Part shown: piece by piece, positions 35,053-56,108 of the stretch | Numbering within the stretch: position 1 is the stretch's first letter | Layout of the letters: every line of letters begins with the position of its first letter | DNA from: Hyphochytrium catenoides | Lineage: Eukaryota; Protista; Hyphochytriomycota | Reading direction: 5' to 3' | Length of the DNA: 64,000 nt | Assembly: GCA_900088475.1 (NCBI GenBank) | Contig: FLMG01000941.1 | Span: 186,001 to 250,000, forward strand | Program-made: the position numbers and the translations under genes | Notes under the pieces: generated by a model | Seen by the model: only the letters and a program-made list of their open reading frames with translations | Told to the model about the DNA's origin: nothing | The model's database searches: none

Positions 35053-37052
35053 TCATTTGCCAAAGCGTCTCTTTCTCACGTTGAACTGCTCTAGAATGTG
35101 CAGTAAGTCCTGGCGTTGCATCTCTGGCCAGTTCTTTTCTATAAAGAAAAACTCTGCATAGGCCAGCTGGTAGAGAAGAAAATTGCTCAGCCTGTGCTCG
35201 CCTGAAGTCCTAATGACTAGGTCAGGGTCCGGCGCTTCGCTGTGCAAAGCCAAGCAGAACGTGGTCAGCTTTGCCCGGTCTAGATGACTAAAACAGAGTG
35301 CAAGGTGCACAGGCAAGCGCTAGGGCGACAAGGAAGCTAAGACACAGAGACATAGATCATTGAGTCATCTGGAAAATCGTATGAAAGGAGCCCAACGTCT
35401 GCCAAGAAAGGTAGAGCATGGACAGTCGCACGATACCTCTCAAAAAGGAGTCGTGGCGAGAAGAGAACAAACTCAATAAAGGAACACAATGCTAAGAAAT
35501 TGAAAGCAGAGAGCTGAAGATAGTACCTTGTCAAAAGGTGCTGCCTTAACAAGGTCTCGTCAATGCTATTAACATCGACTTTACCATCCACGCAGAGCTG
35601 CGCTATCTCTTTGCAGGCCTTCGCAATCTCACCTCTCGATCCGTAACTGTTGCAAGGACAAAGCCGCTTAGACAGCCAGCAGCCCACTGCCCCTCGAAGG
35701 AAGTTGAAACAGGCACAGACACTCAAGAGAAACAAGAAGGGTCTCTATAGCGATTAGGAAGGGGACGAACAAGCGCCAAAGAGACAGAGGGCCTTAGTCA
35801 AAACAACTTACCTGATGCACAAGTTAAGGACCAGACCGTCACAATCTTTGGAGAAGTCTACCATCTCATCCATCTTCCTTTGAACATCTGCTGGGAGTCG
35901 TGACGGGTCCGAGCTGAGACACTGAATCTTGACGTTATTCTCCCTGCTGCCGCTAATAATGTTATCGAAGTAATCGATGAAGAGCTTCATTAACGTTGAA
36001 ATCTCTGCTTCACTTCGTCCCCAGTTTTCTATCAGTGGACAGTCAGACGGCTGCAGACTAATACTTTTAGTCTGAAGACAAAGGTCTCAGAGCCAGGAGT
36101 AGCTTGCACACAACGGAAAGCACCCCTCCATAACGACTAAAGATACTAAACAAAAGAGATTCTTCCATTCATGGCTAGAGACTCGATGAGGGAGTAGACT
36201 AGCGTAGGGAGACCTTGGCTCAACTCTTGAGTAGACTAAGGCGGTAAGCTGCAACTGATGCAACAACAGCTCCCGTAGCGTCGCGGTTACTTACCAGTGG
36301 AGAACGCGTAGACAGTCAGGTACTTGATCCCTAGCTCTTGACACCATGTGATACAGTTTGACAATGCAGTGCCGCCGTCCGCGTGGCCTTTCAATGGGTT
36401 TCCGTACTTTGCCTTCCCATAGCGTCGGTTGCCGTCCATGATAATGGCGATATGCTGAGGCAGCTGGAGAGCAGCGAACTTGAGAAGTCCCGAAGAGAAA
36501 GAGACAATCCAGGCAGTTGAAGAGAAGCAATGAAAAGCACGGAGCGCAGAAAAGAGGAAACAACAAAGGACAATATGCTAAAGGACTTCATCGGACGGAG
36601 AGGCTACAATGCTAACAGAGGTCCAATTCCTAGCTTATCAGGTCAAGTCACAAAGCACCTGGTGATAGTACCGGTAGAGAGACACCAAGCTAGGCTCTTA
36701 CCATCCCAACAGGTTGCGTTGTATATTGCCCATCCCTCTCACACCCTCTTGACAGCAGTCTGAGCCCCTCCACAGCCTTGAGACACGCTTTACTAGGGTT
36801 CCAGCCTTGAGTGCAGATCGCGACGCTGAAACCGATGATAGCACCGGCAGCTAGCAGCAGCAACAGAAGTTGCACTGTGTAGGCCGGTGCTGGCAAAGTA
36901 GCTAGCAGCTCTCCCTGCGGCTCATACAATGGGCCAGCATGCCGCTGATTCGCGCCTTCGATGGCCTGAATGCAACCATTTCGCCGTGCGTCTACAGGAG
37001 AATGAGACAGAGAGAGGACGACATCCTCGAAGGAACTCAACAAGAGGACCAT
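35053..37052 (-). CDS. cis-prenyltransferase (UppS/DHDDS family) with N-terminal hydrophobic segment; start uncertain
   Basis: [66 protein letters not shown] and C-terminal RRFGK. Confidence 0.92.
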
Positions 37053-37439
37053 CCTCGAGCGACGGGAGCTTGATGATGGTTAGGCTCTGGCCATCCGGAC
37101 GAAGTTTAAAGACTCTGCAGGTGATACCCTAGTCTGCAGGCGCTACTCTGCGCTAGGAGCGGGCAAGATCAAAGTGCCGGGGTTCTAGTTACAGCTCATG
37201 AGGATGTCAGGCAGTAGATGCCATCTTTTCTAACGCTATCGTGTTGTCGTTTCCTGCCTCCTCTGCCCGCACTCGTCGTCACTCACACAGTTGATCAGTC
37301 TCCCACGCCGAAGAGGCAAGCCCCACACTGAAGAGGTTTAGGTGTCTGTGGCCTTTCTATGGGAGGGAAGAGAGAGGGAGCAAGAGAATCAGAGGAGAAA
37401 GCGTGAGGTAGATAGAGGCGGTGGGAGCTGGCGAAGCGA

Positions 37440-37546
37440 GAAAGTGTGAGAGAGAGAGAGAGAGAGACACACAGAGCGAGAGAGAGAGAGACAGAGCGAG
37501 GGAGAGCGAGAGAAAGAGTGAGCTAGAGAGAGGGAGAGAGAAACAA

Positions 37547-37577
<31 letters not shown>

Positions 37578-37680
37578 GTGAGAGAGAGTGAGAGNNNNNN
37601 NNNNNNNNNNNNNNNNNNNNNNNNNNNNNNNNNNNNNNNNNNNNNNNNNNNNNNNNNNNNGAGGAGGAGGAGGAGGAGGG
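37440..37680. repeat. (GA)n/(GGA)n microsatellite, partly N-masked
   Basis: Read directly. Confidence 0.9.
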
Positions 37681-38066
37681 AAAATAGGGTGCGCTTGGAG
37701 GTGATGGAAACTACCGATAATGATGGATCTTTGAGAACGCCAACTCCTTGAAACATTCCGTATCTTTCCATATCTCTAGAGCCGATTTTCATGAAGAAAC
37801 ATTCCAAGGTTCCATCTGGAAAACTACAGCATCAGTTATTCAGAACATTGAAGCTCCATTGGCTTGTATAAGTGAATAAGGTATGTCCTATTAGGGATAG
37901 GCTTAGACGCACAGCACCAACCGAAGAGATCCGCATTGGGATTCTGATCGCCAGCTTCCCAGTCTCTCACATCCATTTCTGGAGCTTTCGGACAAAGATC
38001 ATCGTGTCCTTTGACCTCTAACTCAACCCGCTGTAGCCAGAGATCTAACAACACATAGTACATAAG

Positions 38067-39012
38067 ATGGCAGGAGTCCTTAGAAACCTCGCCTCCAAGC
38101 AGGTGGCCAGCAAGATTGTTCCAAAAGCTGCTAGAAGCATCTCCACCAGCCTCCGTGCTGCTCGTTCTCTGGCTCGCGCCCCTGTTGTAGCAAATGCCGT
38201 TGGGAAGTCCTTTGCTCCCATCCAGCAAGTAAGATTCAGCTCAACCTTGAAAGACATTGTTGAGGTAAGTCTTCGTCATCTTAGGGACCGATCTTTGGCG
38301 GTTTATTTACCTCTTGTCAAACCTAGCGTGAGCTTGACGAGGAGAGGGCGAATTGCAATGTCTCTCCAGAGCTCCAGCAAGTGCAGGAGCAAGTGGAGGA
38401 GGATTTTGAGGTTATCGAGTCTCTTGGCAACAACCTTGTAAAGCTGAAGAGAGATTACAACGGAGAAGAGGTGGTGGTTGAGTTTGAAGCTGAGCTAGAG
38501 CAAGACGAAATCGAGGATGAGCAGCAGGAGGACGAGGACATAATGTCTCTGAGAGTTCCTTTCCAGGTGACAGTCCAGAAAGGCAACACCAAGCTTGCGT
38601 TCGCCTGCATTGCTGCCGGAGAGGTATGTGCGGGATGATCTATCTCTCTTACTCTTCAAGTTCTGTTCTGGTCCGTCGGCGCTCTATATAATGTAGTGAC
38701 TAGACTCCTTTGTGACCTTCAATGTTCTGAGGAGCATGAACGTGACACTAATCTTGCATTGTTGCTGCTGTGTATTAGCTCTATGTTGCCAGAGTCACGA
38801 CGGTGCCTGTATCCACTAACGGAGAGCTCCTAAACTATGAGGGCCCAGAGTTCGACACTCTGGAGCAGGATATGCAGGAGGCTTTCATGGAGTATCTGAA
38901 TGAACGTGGCGTCAATGACACGCTGGCATCCTTCATTATCATGTATGCGGAGCTGAAGGAGCAGAGGGAATACGTTAACTTCCTTGAGCAGACTTCCAAG
39001 CTCGTCTCCTAA
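38067..39012 (+). CDS. MAM33: Mitochondrial acidic matrix protein, MAM33/p32 (C1QBP) family
   Basis: Arg/Ala/Ser-rich presequence; VKLKRDYNGEEVVVEF; YEGPEFDTLEQDMQEAFMEYLNERGVNDTLASFI...KEQREYVNFL. Confidence 0.92.
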
Positions 39013-39646
39013 GTTATTAAGCCTATATATATGCGATCTGCTCCTTGGTTGCTGGATACCATGCGTTGGTCTGGGGTAATATGCATTAGCTAGCAGTCTC
39101 CTTCACTTCGTCCTCATCCACCCTAAGAGCTTGTACAGCGAGAGGGTGCGTGCCGCCTAGGCTCAGACATCAGAGCACTTCTCTTCTTCTCTTTCATGAT
39201 GAGTCTCTGCTCTCGGTCCATCCAATAAGAAGGCCAAAGATGAAGACATCCGTACTATTGGGCTGCCGTTAACGCCTAGGATCCTGCAGCTGTTTGCCCC
39301 AGAGCTTCGAAGTTCGAAGGCCGCTGCGCTGCTTCTTCTGAGTCTTCTGATCTTTGCCTGGAAACGCACGGAAGGAAGCCTCGTCCACAGCCATCCTTCT
39401 ACTATCGCTTGCGTCTCTGAGTGAGGCTCCAGGCCAGGCGACTTGTGCACTTATTTGACGCTTTCTTCCCTGTCCTCAGCCTGCTCTGAAAGAGTATCTC
39501 TCGTTTCTAATGTGGGCTAGTAGGCGAGAGTAGTTGTCCTTGTCGTACTTGACGGGCGAATCTATCTGCATAACTTCTGCTGGTATCTTTTGAAGTTTTT
39601 TGCCGGCATTGCGCCTCTAAGTGAGCGCTCAGTCAGACATAGAAAG

Positions 39647-42490
39647 ATGAGCATCCACAGTGAGGATCTAGTTAATGTGCTGATGGTGGGCACCGGCGAG
39701 TATACTACTGGCTATGTCGATGGCAAGGCCTCTGATTCCGATAAGGGAGCAGGCGGTAAGCTCTCATTTGGCAGAGTCCGCGCGGAGTGTGCCTTGTGGT
39801 CCTAGGTCTAATCATCCTCCTCCAATCCTCTCACCCTTGCCTCTTCACTGCCCTTAGCGTTCCATCCTCCTCCTAACTGGGTCATTCTACCTCCTTCCGC
39901 ACCCAGCGCCACTAGCGGCATCTCCCGGCCCTGCTCACCCGTTCTTTTCTCGTTCTTCTTTTCTGTTCCTCGCTCCTTCGCCCTCTTGTTCTCTCGTTCT
40001 TGTACCATAGTGGTAGCGTTGGTCATGCTTGACCTCCGAAAGAGAGGCAAGACAGGACGGCTTGCTCTTTGTGGAGTGAACGGGAGGAAGGTACCGACAT
40101 TGGACGAGGACAGTTTGCTCCTTCTGGTTCCATACGCTGTTTGACTCTCGGTCCTCTCGATAGTCACCTCAAACATATGGTCGTCCTGCTATCTAAGTCT
40201 CGACCTCTATACTTGGTGTCCCATCCCTTTACCGCTTCTCACCATCTCCACGGCATAGCTTTGTCCTTTAATCTCTTCTTCTTTTAGTTTCCCGGTATCA
40301 GGAGGCATATGCAACGAGCCATAGGGGCCGTGTATAAAGGGATGGACCTCAGGATGGAGACCTTTCCCGAGGACGAGGCTGTGGACCCTGCCGCCTACAT
40401 CAAAGCGATGGACAGCTTCAAACCGGGAGATGCTGTCATAATCTTCACACCGGTTTGCCGACTATCTTCATCGTCCCAACTCGTAGTTCTTGTTCACCTA
40501 AAGCTGGCCGAAGCTCGGCCCTCTACCTCTTGTTGGTCTATAGCTCAACGCTGTCTCGCTTCAGTTCCCTAGCCTTTCTCATAAAGTCTCTAACTCCCGT
40601 TCTGGCCATGACCGACTGTACTCTGTCTTCTGTGCTAATGAAGCTAATAACTCATGGCTTCCTTCTGGCACTCTCCAATCCTTCCTTTGCTTTCTTGGCT
40701 CTGAACAGGATGATACGCATTACGAGATAGCAAGGGCTGCAGTGGAAAGAGGTCTACACGTTCTTGTTACCAAGCCAGTGGTCAAGACTCTGGAGGAGCA
40801 CAAGAACCTCTGGCAGGCAGCAAGGGAAAGAGGAGTGCTGGTAAGTATTGACCTGGTTGTCGTTCCTTTCTCGTCGAAGAGTACCAATAACTTACTGCTT
40901 TTGATAGATTGCCACTGAAGTCCACAAACGCTGGGATCCAATTTATGTGGACGCTAGAGATCGGATACAGGTCTATTCCATGCGTTTTCACACTCTACAT
41001 TGCGTCTCCATTGAACGCTCAATCATTCCCTCCTTTCACCGCTTGCCAAGCTTGCCTCTTTCCCTCAATCCTCTTTCGTCACACCTCTCCCCTCTCCTTC
41101 CACAAATCTAAATCGTGAATGACATAAGGTAGAGAAGCCGTATTCAGAGGTTTATCCTTAACCTTTGCTGTCGTAGGGATTAGGAGACTTCTCCTTCTTG
41201 ACCTCGTACATGAGCCAGCCGAAGCATCAGTTGGATACGTTCAGGAGGTGGGCAGGCAAATCGAGCGACATCAGCTATTACCTCAACTCGCATCATATAG
41301 ACTTTCACGAGGTAAGTGAACCTTTCTGCCTTCTCCTGGTTGCAAGTCTTGCATTGATGTCCTGCCACCGGTTACTCCTCTTCGTTCCTTACCTATAGAC
41401 CTGGAACCATTGGTCCTCTGCTTGCTCCTCTCCCACATAGAGACTGTTCTTGAACGTCGGTCCTCCTCAGTCTCTGGCTCTACTGCTGATTCTACTCATT
41501 ATCTCTCAATTTCCAGTGGGTTGTCTTGGGGCGTAGCCGGCCAGTCAGGGTCACAGGTGAGCCCCAGACTATTCAGACCTTGATGTCTATCCTTTTACAA
41601 TGTTGGGCTCCAGCTTGTTAATGCCGCGAGATATGGGCTTCGCCTTTTGCACCTCTCATGGTTCGCACCATCTTATCGCGTGGATACCAATCTCTGGTGC
41701 TACTTTGCAAGGTTGCACACTCAACCTCTCACGGATGATGACGGTTGTTCTGTTCAGCTCTCGCTTCCACAGGGGTCGCCACTGGCAAAGCTCCTCCGAT
41801 CGAGACAGAGGACACGATAACTCTAAGTGTTCTTTGGCAGAACAACACCGGGACGCAAGGTCATGCAATTTACACCGCGTCATGGGCTGCTCCCCGCTCG
41901 GACGTTCACTCTCAGCAAAGATTTTTCTACATGGGTCACAAGGGAGAAATCAATGTGGACCAAGCTCATAGAGGCTACTCTCTTTCAACGGATGAGAAGG
42001 GCTTTAGCAGTGCAAACCCTTTATTTATGAAGTACACTCCGAGCAACGGGGAGTTCGCTGGCCAACTCGGATACGGCTATCGAAGGCATGTGTGCACAAG
42101 CGTTATCACATCTTCGTCTTCTTATACTCGTGAAACTCCTGGCTTTGGTCATCTATACTAAGCTGTTCTCTACATTATTTGCCTGCAGTTTGGAGGCTTT
42201 TATCGAGGCTGTGGCCCAGATAAAGAAGAAAGAGGCAGTTCCGAGCGACTATGACGGTTGCCTTGCTACTTTAGGTCAGTGCAATGGACTATGGAAAAGT
42301 GAGGGGGGAAGCCTTGCCCTTGACAGTCGCTTTGTCATTACTAGAGAAAACGATGTATACTACTGCTATACTGGAGGCTGGACGACGAAGTCTCGACACC
42401 GGAGGTTTGCCAATGGATATCGTCTATCCTTCTGGCGCTTCTTTTGAAGCCTATCCCGAAAAGCTTGTACCAAGTAAACCCACTCAGTGA
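39647..42490 (+). CDS. Gfo/Idh/MocA oxidoreductase, similar to fungal D-galacturonate reductase GaaA
   Basis: [113 protein letters not shown] and [11 protein letters not shown]. Confidence 0.85.
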
Positions 42491-43416
42491 AACGGCCCCA
42501 AAAGGGCCCAAGAAACATACCACCTATCAACAGCTCAAACTCTTCCTGGGTACCCTTGAACCTTGGAATCATTGGCTGCCTTTACGAAGAAGCTCAATCG
42601 AGCTGTCGATGTCCACATCCTTGTCCTGCCTAACCCTAACCCTATAAGCTTTAATCACCTATAGCGCTTTCTCTAGAGCTACTATCGCGCTCATCATCAT
42701 CAAATCTGCATATTATTGGCTCATAGATACAGGATCGCGCACAGACCTCCCCCAGTATATTTTGATCATTCTGCATTTGACGGATAGTTGTCAGGGATAA
42801 TAGCGTTTAGTTTGTTCTTGATGTTCCAGTTTCAATGATTTCGGCTGGGATGCTTCCCGCCACAAATTCTCCCGCGAAAACCTAAGGAGGCTGAGAGGCG
42901 TTATTTCTCTCAAGTGCCTTAGAGTTTCGCCCCTAATAGAGCCGCAAAACACCTTACAACCAACTTTCTAGCGGAAATTCCGCCAACCCAGAGAGAAACC
43001 TTCACGAAAAAAAATGGATTTTGAAGCCATTGAAGGTTCTTGGGAGGTACCGCTAACGGTGTGTGGTTGTGGATTCTTGAGAAGGGGAGGAAGGAAGAGC
43101 GAAGTTTTGACAACAGAAAGTCCGCGCCTTGGCGCCACCACACGGGCGATGAGGGCGACAGAGAGAGTAGACAAAAGAGACGCAAGGAACGCAGTGCATC
43201 CGCGCTTGGCAAAGTCTTCTTGGACTGTCAGCGGTACTCTCTCTAGAGCTCGCCAAGCTGATCCTTGCAGGCCTGCTGTGGCACTTTAGGACCGCCATCG
43301 TGTCTGAGCCGCCTTGGCTTGTTATATACAGGTTCAATCCGGTAAACAGGAGTGAGCTTCATAGTCCACCTCCGTGACTGTGGGCTACCAGCGTGCGTGT
43401 TAGCGCCGCAGGAGAG

Positions 43417-51032
<7,616 letters not shown>

Positions 51033-52075
51033 ACGCTTTACCTCAGAAGCCCTTTGTCTCTCTAGTGTCCTTGTCCTCTCTTCTCTCGACTACCTTTTTC
51101 TCACAAAAGAGCGCTCTAAGACTATTACCTATGACCAATGGACAGTTCTGCAACTGTTGCCATGTCCAACCCCTTAAGCTAATCCATTATAACGTGCAAC
51201 TAACGAGAGTAGCGTCGGTTTCCTGCTCAAGTCTACATGTTCAGTGAGGCCTGCAGCCTAGGCTAGGAGTCTTATGCAAGAGACATATTGAGAGTTCGCG
51301 TACCGAGGTTCAGTTGACTCACGTTTTTGAATGGTCGACCACCACATACTAGTTATTCTTAACGAGGATGAGAGAGAGAGAGGTAGAGACTCCACGGAAG
51401 CCACTGCTTAGTGCTATTTGTATACTCTTGAGACAGAAAAAACAGGTGTTCATGGCGATGCAATAGTCGTTAGTCTATCAGGACAGCCTACACGATAGGC
51501 AATCCAGGGAGCTCCACCAGCGGCAAGCATTGAATCAGTCTCAATAGGCCTACGCTTCCGTAAGACTTGCTCCATAGCGTGCTGTTATAAAGTTCCAAAA
51601 GATGACTTCCCGTGAGGTGGATGCCACGGATAGTGCACTCCCGTTTGTCGTCAAGAACTCGTCTACTGTTCCACGAAAGGGAAACGACCCTAACCGTGCC
51701 TGCTGCCCCGTACTGGAGTCAGTCAGACGGCCTTCCAGTTCAGACGGCGGGCGCCCATAGTAGGCTTTGCCCAGAACCTTCTACATACTACGGAAGAGAC
51801 GGCAGAAGACATAATGCGTTTATTCTATGCAAGTACGCCTGATGATTTACCCCCAGTCTCGGGTGCTTTCTGGTCCTGAGATAAGCAGCAGATATTTAGC
51901 AGAGTGTCGAGATCCCGCGCCGCAAGAGCGAGAGACGGAGAGTGTGTGTATGTGTGTGTGACAGAGAGAGAGAGAGAAGAGAAGAGGGAGAGAGGGGGAG
52001 AAAAACCGGAGAGAGAGAGAGAGAGAGGGAGCGGGAGAGAGAGAGAGAATTGGTGATAAATTAGACGACGGATGC

Positions 52076-52924
52076 TCAGTGGTTAACTCCTATCTAGGAG
52101 CTTCAGGCCAGAAGATAGATAAGAAAAACAGGCAAGGTCAACTAACGAGATGTACTGGAGAAGGCATCTCTAACAGGAAAGAATAGGAACTGGAGACAAG
52201 CATGGAGATCGGCCGAGGACAAAGGAGAGTGACCGAAGAAAAATAATGAAGATGTAGCATATCTGAGGACTCTACCTGTGTCTTTTTCTGCGCCATAGCC
52301 TCTTGGTGTGTGCGGATGTTAAATCTCTTCTGCCAAGCGGCCGCCTCCGCCTCTTTTTGCTTTAGCCGATCTGTGAGCACCTTGATTGAGCCATTGATCT
52401 GCAGCGAGGGAGGGAGGAAGTCAGTAGAGGAACAGACAGATGCCAAAAGGAATGAAGGCGGAAAGAGCAGAGGAACGCAAACAGCGAGGCCCTAGAGGTG
52501 GCAGCTAATCCCAAACTCTGGGCAGTCGCTTTGTTTCTTCACGAAGAAGAGCTTACATTATTCTTGCTATCCACTACGGCCGGTAGGACTTCTCCGACGG
52601 TCCGTTCCACAAGGATGCCACCCACCAGGCGGAAAGCCTTCCTATTCTTCTCTAATGGTTCTAGTGTGCCAATAACCAAACTGCCACACAGAGCGGGACG
52701 GTTAGCTTCTTCCTGTGCAGATGTGGATGCACGAGCCACGGGGTTGCAAGCCAAACGAGAGCGAAGGCACAGGCAGGATGTCACGATGCCAGCCGGCAGA
52801 TAATGACTTACTTGTGCTCATTTTCATCCAGTTCTAGCTCTGCAATCTTCTGTGCTATGGCAGATATCTCTTGTCTCATACCCTTGTATCTGTTGATCAC
52901 CTCGGCCTCCGTAATCTGCTCCAT
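52076..52924 (-). CDS. PFDN2: Prefoldin subunit 2; C-terminal exon(s) unresolved and may extend to ~51450
   Basis: KIAELELDENEHK-LVIGTLEPLEKNRKAFRLVGGILVERTVGEVLPAV...KRFNIR. Confidence 0.9.
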
Positions 52925-53685
52925 ACCCTCCGTGGGGCCTGGAACATTGGTACTGGACATGTTATCGGTAGCCTCCTGGTGAACGTACTCCCGTTTCGAT
53001 TAGCAAAGAGCAAGAACAAAGGCAAAGAAGAGCACTTCTTAACGTGCTTTCTTGAGGATGTTGAAGCTCTTATCCGATGAAGAGGAGCAATCCAATGCTG
53101 AGGAAGAAAGAGCACCGAGGACCGATAGCGAAGCTTTCCTAGCGCGCCAGCGCCATCACCAGAAGAATGGCAATGATCTTTTGCAGACATGAACCGTACA
53201 AGGTTATCTAAATATAGTTACTGTATGTCTCTTACATGATAATCAGACCTATATGTACGGAAATTTACAAACAATCTGAAATCTATTCTGTCGAACGCCT
53301 TCTATTACCACGCCACAAAAGGCTTATAACGCGGTATGAGTCTCGTATTACTACTGCGATAATAGTGTAAAAGGCCCTTTTTGACCTCTTTTGCCGGAGA
53401 CCTTTGAGGCTTCTGTTAGGAGGCTCTTGAGATGAAAGTAGCGGAAGGGCCTTTTCAGTGTCATGTATGGTGATCCCATAGAGTTCATCGTCTGAATTCT
53501 GATCCTCAGTGACCAACAGACTGGCGCCGGGACAAAGCTCCAGAACTCTCGGGCTTTCTTGATCTTCTGCAGAAAGAGCTGCTGCAGAGATCTACTGGGA
53601 GCATTAGCTGGCGTAAGAGGAGCTCGAAGGCAACGTGAGAAGCTATTTTGGATAACTCAGAGAACATTGAAGTGCAGTAACAGCC

Positions 53686-55459
53686 ATGGACAAGGGCAAG
53701 CAAGCAGTGAACAATATGAAGAACATCAAGATGCCACAGGGAGGAGGTCCCCTGCTGGCCCTTGCCAAGGGAGCTGTTGGCATTGGTGTTCTAGCTTATG
53801 CAGGCTATCACAGTCTATTCAACGGTGAGATTTTCCAAGACAGGTTAGATGGAGCTATTGGAGTTCTAACGCATCACTTCGACAGTGGAGGGTGGACACA
53901 GAGCCATTGTGTTCAACCGTCTTGTAGGTATTAAGGAGAACATCTACACAGAAGGAACGCACTTTATGATCCCCTGGATGGAGAGACCCATTATCTACGA
54001 TGTCCGTACTCGCCCACGTAACCTTCAGTCACTGACTGGAAGTCGAGGTACGCGATCATTCAGTTGCAGCCTCCCGAAAAGATATGCCTGATAGATCTTC
54101 TCTATAGATCTTCAGATGGTCAACATTACGCTTCGAGTGCTCTCCAAGCCCGAAATTGCTCACCTTCCTTGGATCTACAGGCGCCTCGGCACTGGTAAGC
54201 CAGCGAGAGTATAGACAAGAGAGAATATGCTTGTTTGCTTCTCTTGCCGCGACAGCTAAGATCTAAGATCCGCTGGCCANNNNNNNNNNNNNNNNNNNNN
54301 NNNNNNNNNNNNNNNNNNNNNNNNNNNNNNNNNNNNNNNNNNNNNNNNNNNNNNNNNNNNNNNNNNNNNNNNGTCCTCTTCGCTTTTTTTGCAGACTACG
54401 ATGAGCGGGTACTTCCATCTATTGTGCACGAGGTGTTGAAGCAGGTAGTCGCGCAGTTCAATGCTTCACAGCTTATCACTCAGAGAGAACATGTCAGCCG
54501 TCTCGTAAGGAGAAACTTGGTAAGCGGTTAGCCAGATGCCTTACCTCTCGCAATCTCCCTCTACAATTTGCGTTTGCTACGTGGGCTAGAGTGTTGTGCA
54601 TTGTTTTACTTGGCTGTAAGTGCATGCTCGTTGGCGATGTCCTCCGCCTTGAAGTTTATTCTCAAGACTCTTGTCCTGACCCTGGTCATCACTCTAGGTG
54701 GAAAGAGCTCAGGACTTCCACATTGTCCTCGATGATGTGGCTATCACCCATCTGAGCTTCGGCCGCGAGTACACCGCGGCAGTTGAGGCGAAGCAAGTTG
54801 GTAAGTAATGGCTCGGTATAAGGGGAAATATCAGGAGGCGAAGACTAAGATGCCAAGAAAATAATACTATTGATGGGAAACGGACTAGGGATGGAGCCCA
54901 TGTTTGACTTCAACCTTTCCCCTTACAGCCCAGCAGGATGCAGAGAGAGCCAAGTACACTGTAGAGAAGGCTCTCCAGGACAAGAAGAGTACCATTATTA
55001 GAGCACAGGGTGAGGCCAAGGCCGCTCAACTGGTGGGCGAGGCTCTCAAGAACAACCCTGGCTTCGTGGAACTCCGTCGTCTTATCACAGCGAGGGAGAT
55101 CGCTTCCACCATCTCTCACTCCAACAACAGAGTCTACCTCAACGCCGACTCTCTCCTCCTCAACCTGCTCAGCGACAGCGGAGCCATCTCGTAAGTGTCC
55201 AACCCATTCTGTTGAACCTGTCAGCTTTACGCTGTCATCCGCTATCGTTGGCCTATCTCTTCTTTCTGGGTCCATGCAATATCGGCAAGATCACTCTTCC
55301 CCGCAGCGTAGCCATGAACAGCCTACTTCTGTTCTTGTTGCTTCTGTCTTGCCTCATCATTCCGATCAAGGTCGAGCTCTGTTTGCTCGCCATCGCAATG
55401 CTCACATTTGTGCGTGCAGTCGTATGCAGGATGGATCCTCCTCAAGCAAGAAGAAGTAG
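53686..55459 (+). CDS. PHB2: Prohibitin-2
   Basis: [80 protein letters not shown] and [12 protein letters not shown]. Confidence 0.95.
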
Positions 55460-55935
55460 AGCCACTAGGAGGACAAGTCACTTTATCCAGCAGGTCCTAG
55501 GCTCAGTTATGTTGCCTATTCTTCTAAATTTGTAATGGAGACTCGCATATCCGAGTCAAAGCTTGCTATTCCAGTTGGTTCCCCTTGGATTGCTCAATGT
55601 TCCTTCTTTCCCTACTATCAACATCTGTCCGGGAGTGGCTCTATCTGCCCAATTGAGGTGGCTTGAAAGCTCGGCGATGTGAGCCTTAAACTGACCTTCA
55701 TAGCGCGGTCCTTACGCAGCTCTTTCGACCTTGAACCTCACAATTGGCTGGGTATTCTTACCAGCATAACGTCCAGGACCATACTCAGCCCCGATCCTTC
55801 ATACTTTTAACATCTTCTGCCATTTCCTTGTCGGTGAGAATTCGGAGTGAGATCTTGGCTTCGACAAGCTGCTACCAGCGGTGGCAGGCTCTTCATCCTG
55901 TCTAAAACAGATGATGGTGGGCATTGCACCACGAC

Positions 55936-56108
55936 TATAGATCCGTATGNNNNNNNNNNNNNNNNNNNNNNNNNNNNNNNNNNNNNNNNNNNNNNNNNNN
56001 NNNNNNNNNNNNNNNNNNNNNNNNNNNNNNNNNNNNNNNNNNNNNNNNNNNNNNNNNNNNNNNNNNNNNNNNNNNNNNNNNNNNNNNNNNNNNTAGTACG
56101 GATCTATA
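55936..56108. mobile_element. MITE, 173 bp as assembled (interior N-masked), hAT-like
   Basis: 12-bp TIRs TATAGATCCGTA (55936-55947) and TACGGATCTATA (56097-56108). 8-bp direct repeat ACCACGAC at 55928-55935 and 56109-56116. Confidence 0.8.

Noticed and set aside
42629-42644. CCTAACCCTAACCCTA telomere-like repeat
   Set aside because: Under three units; compatible with chance or a telobox, and not evidence of a chromosome end or fusion.
54280-54372. N run inside a PHB2 intron
   Set aside because: No flanking TIR or TSD seen; content unknown.
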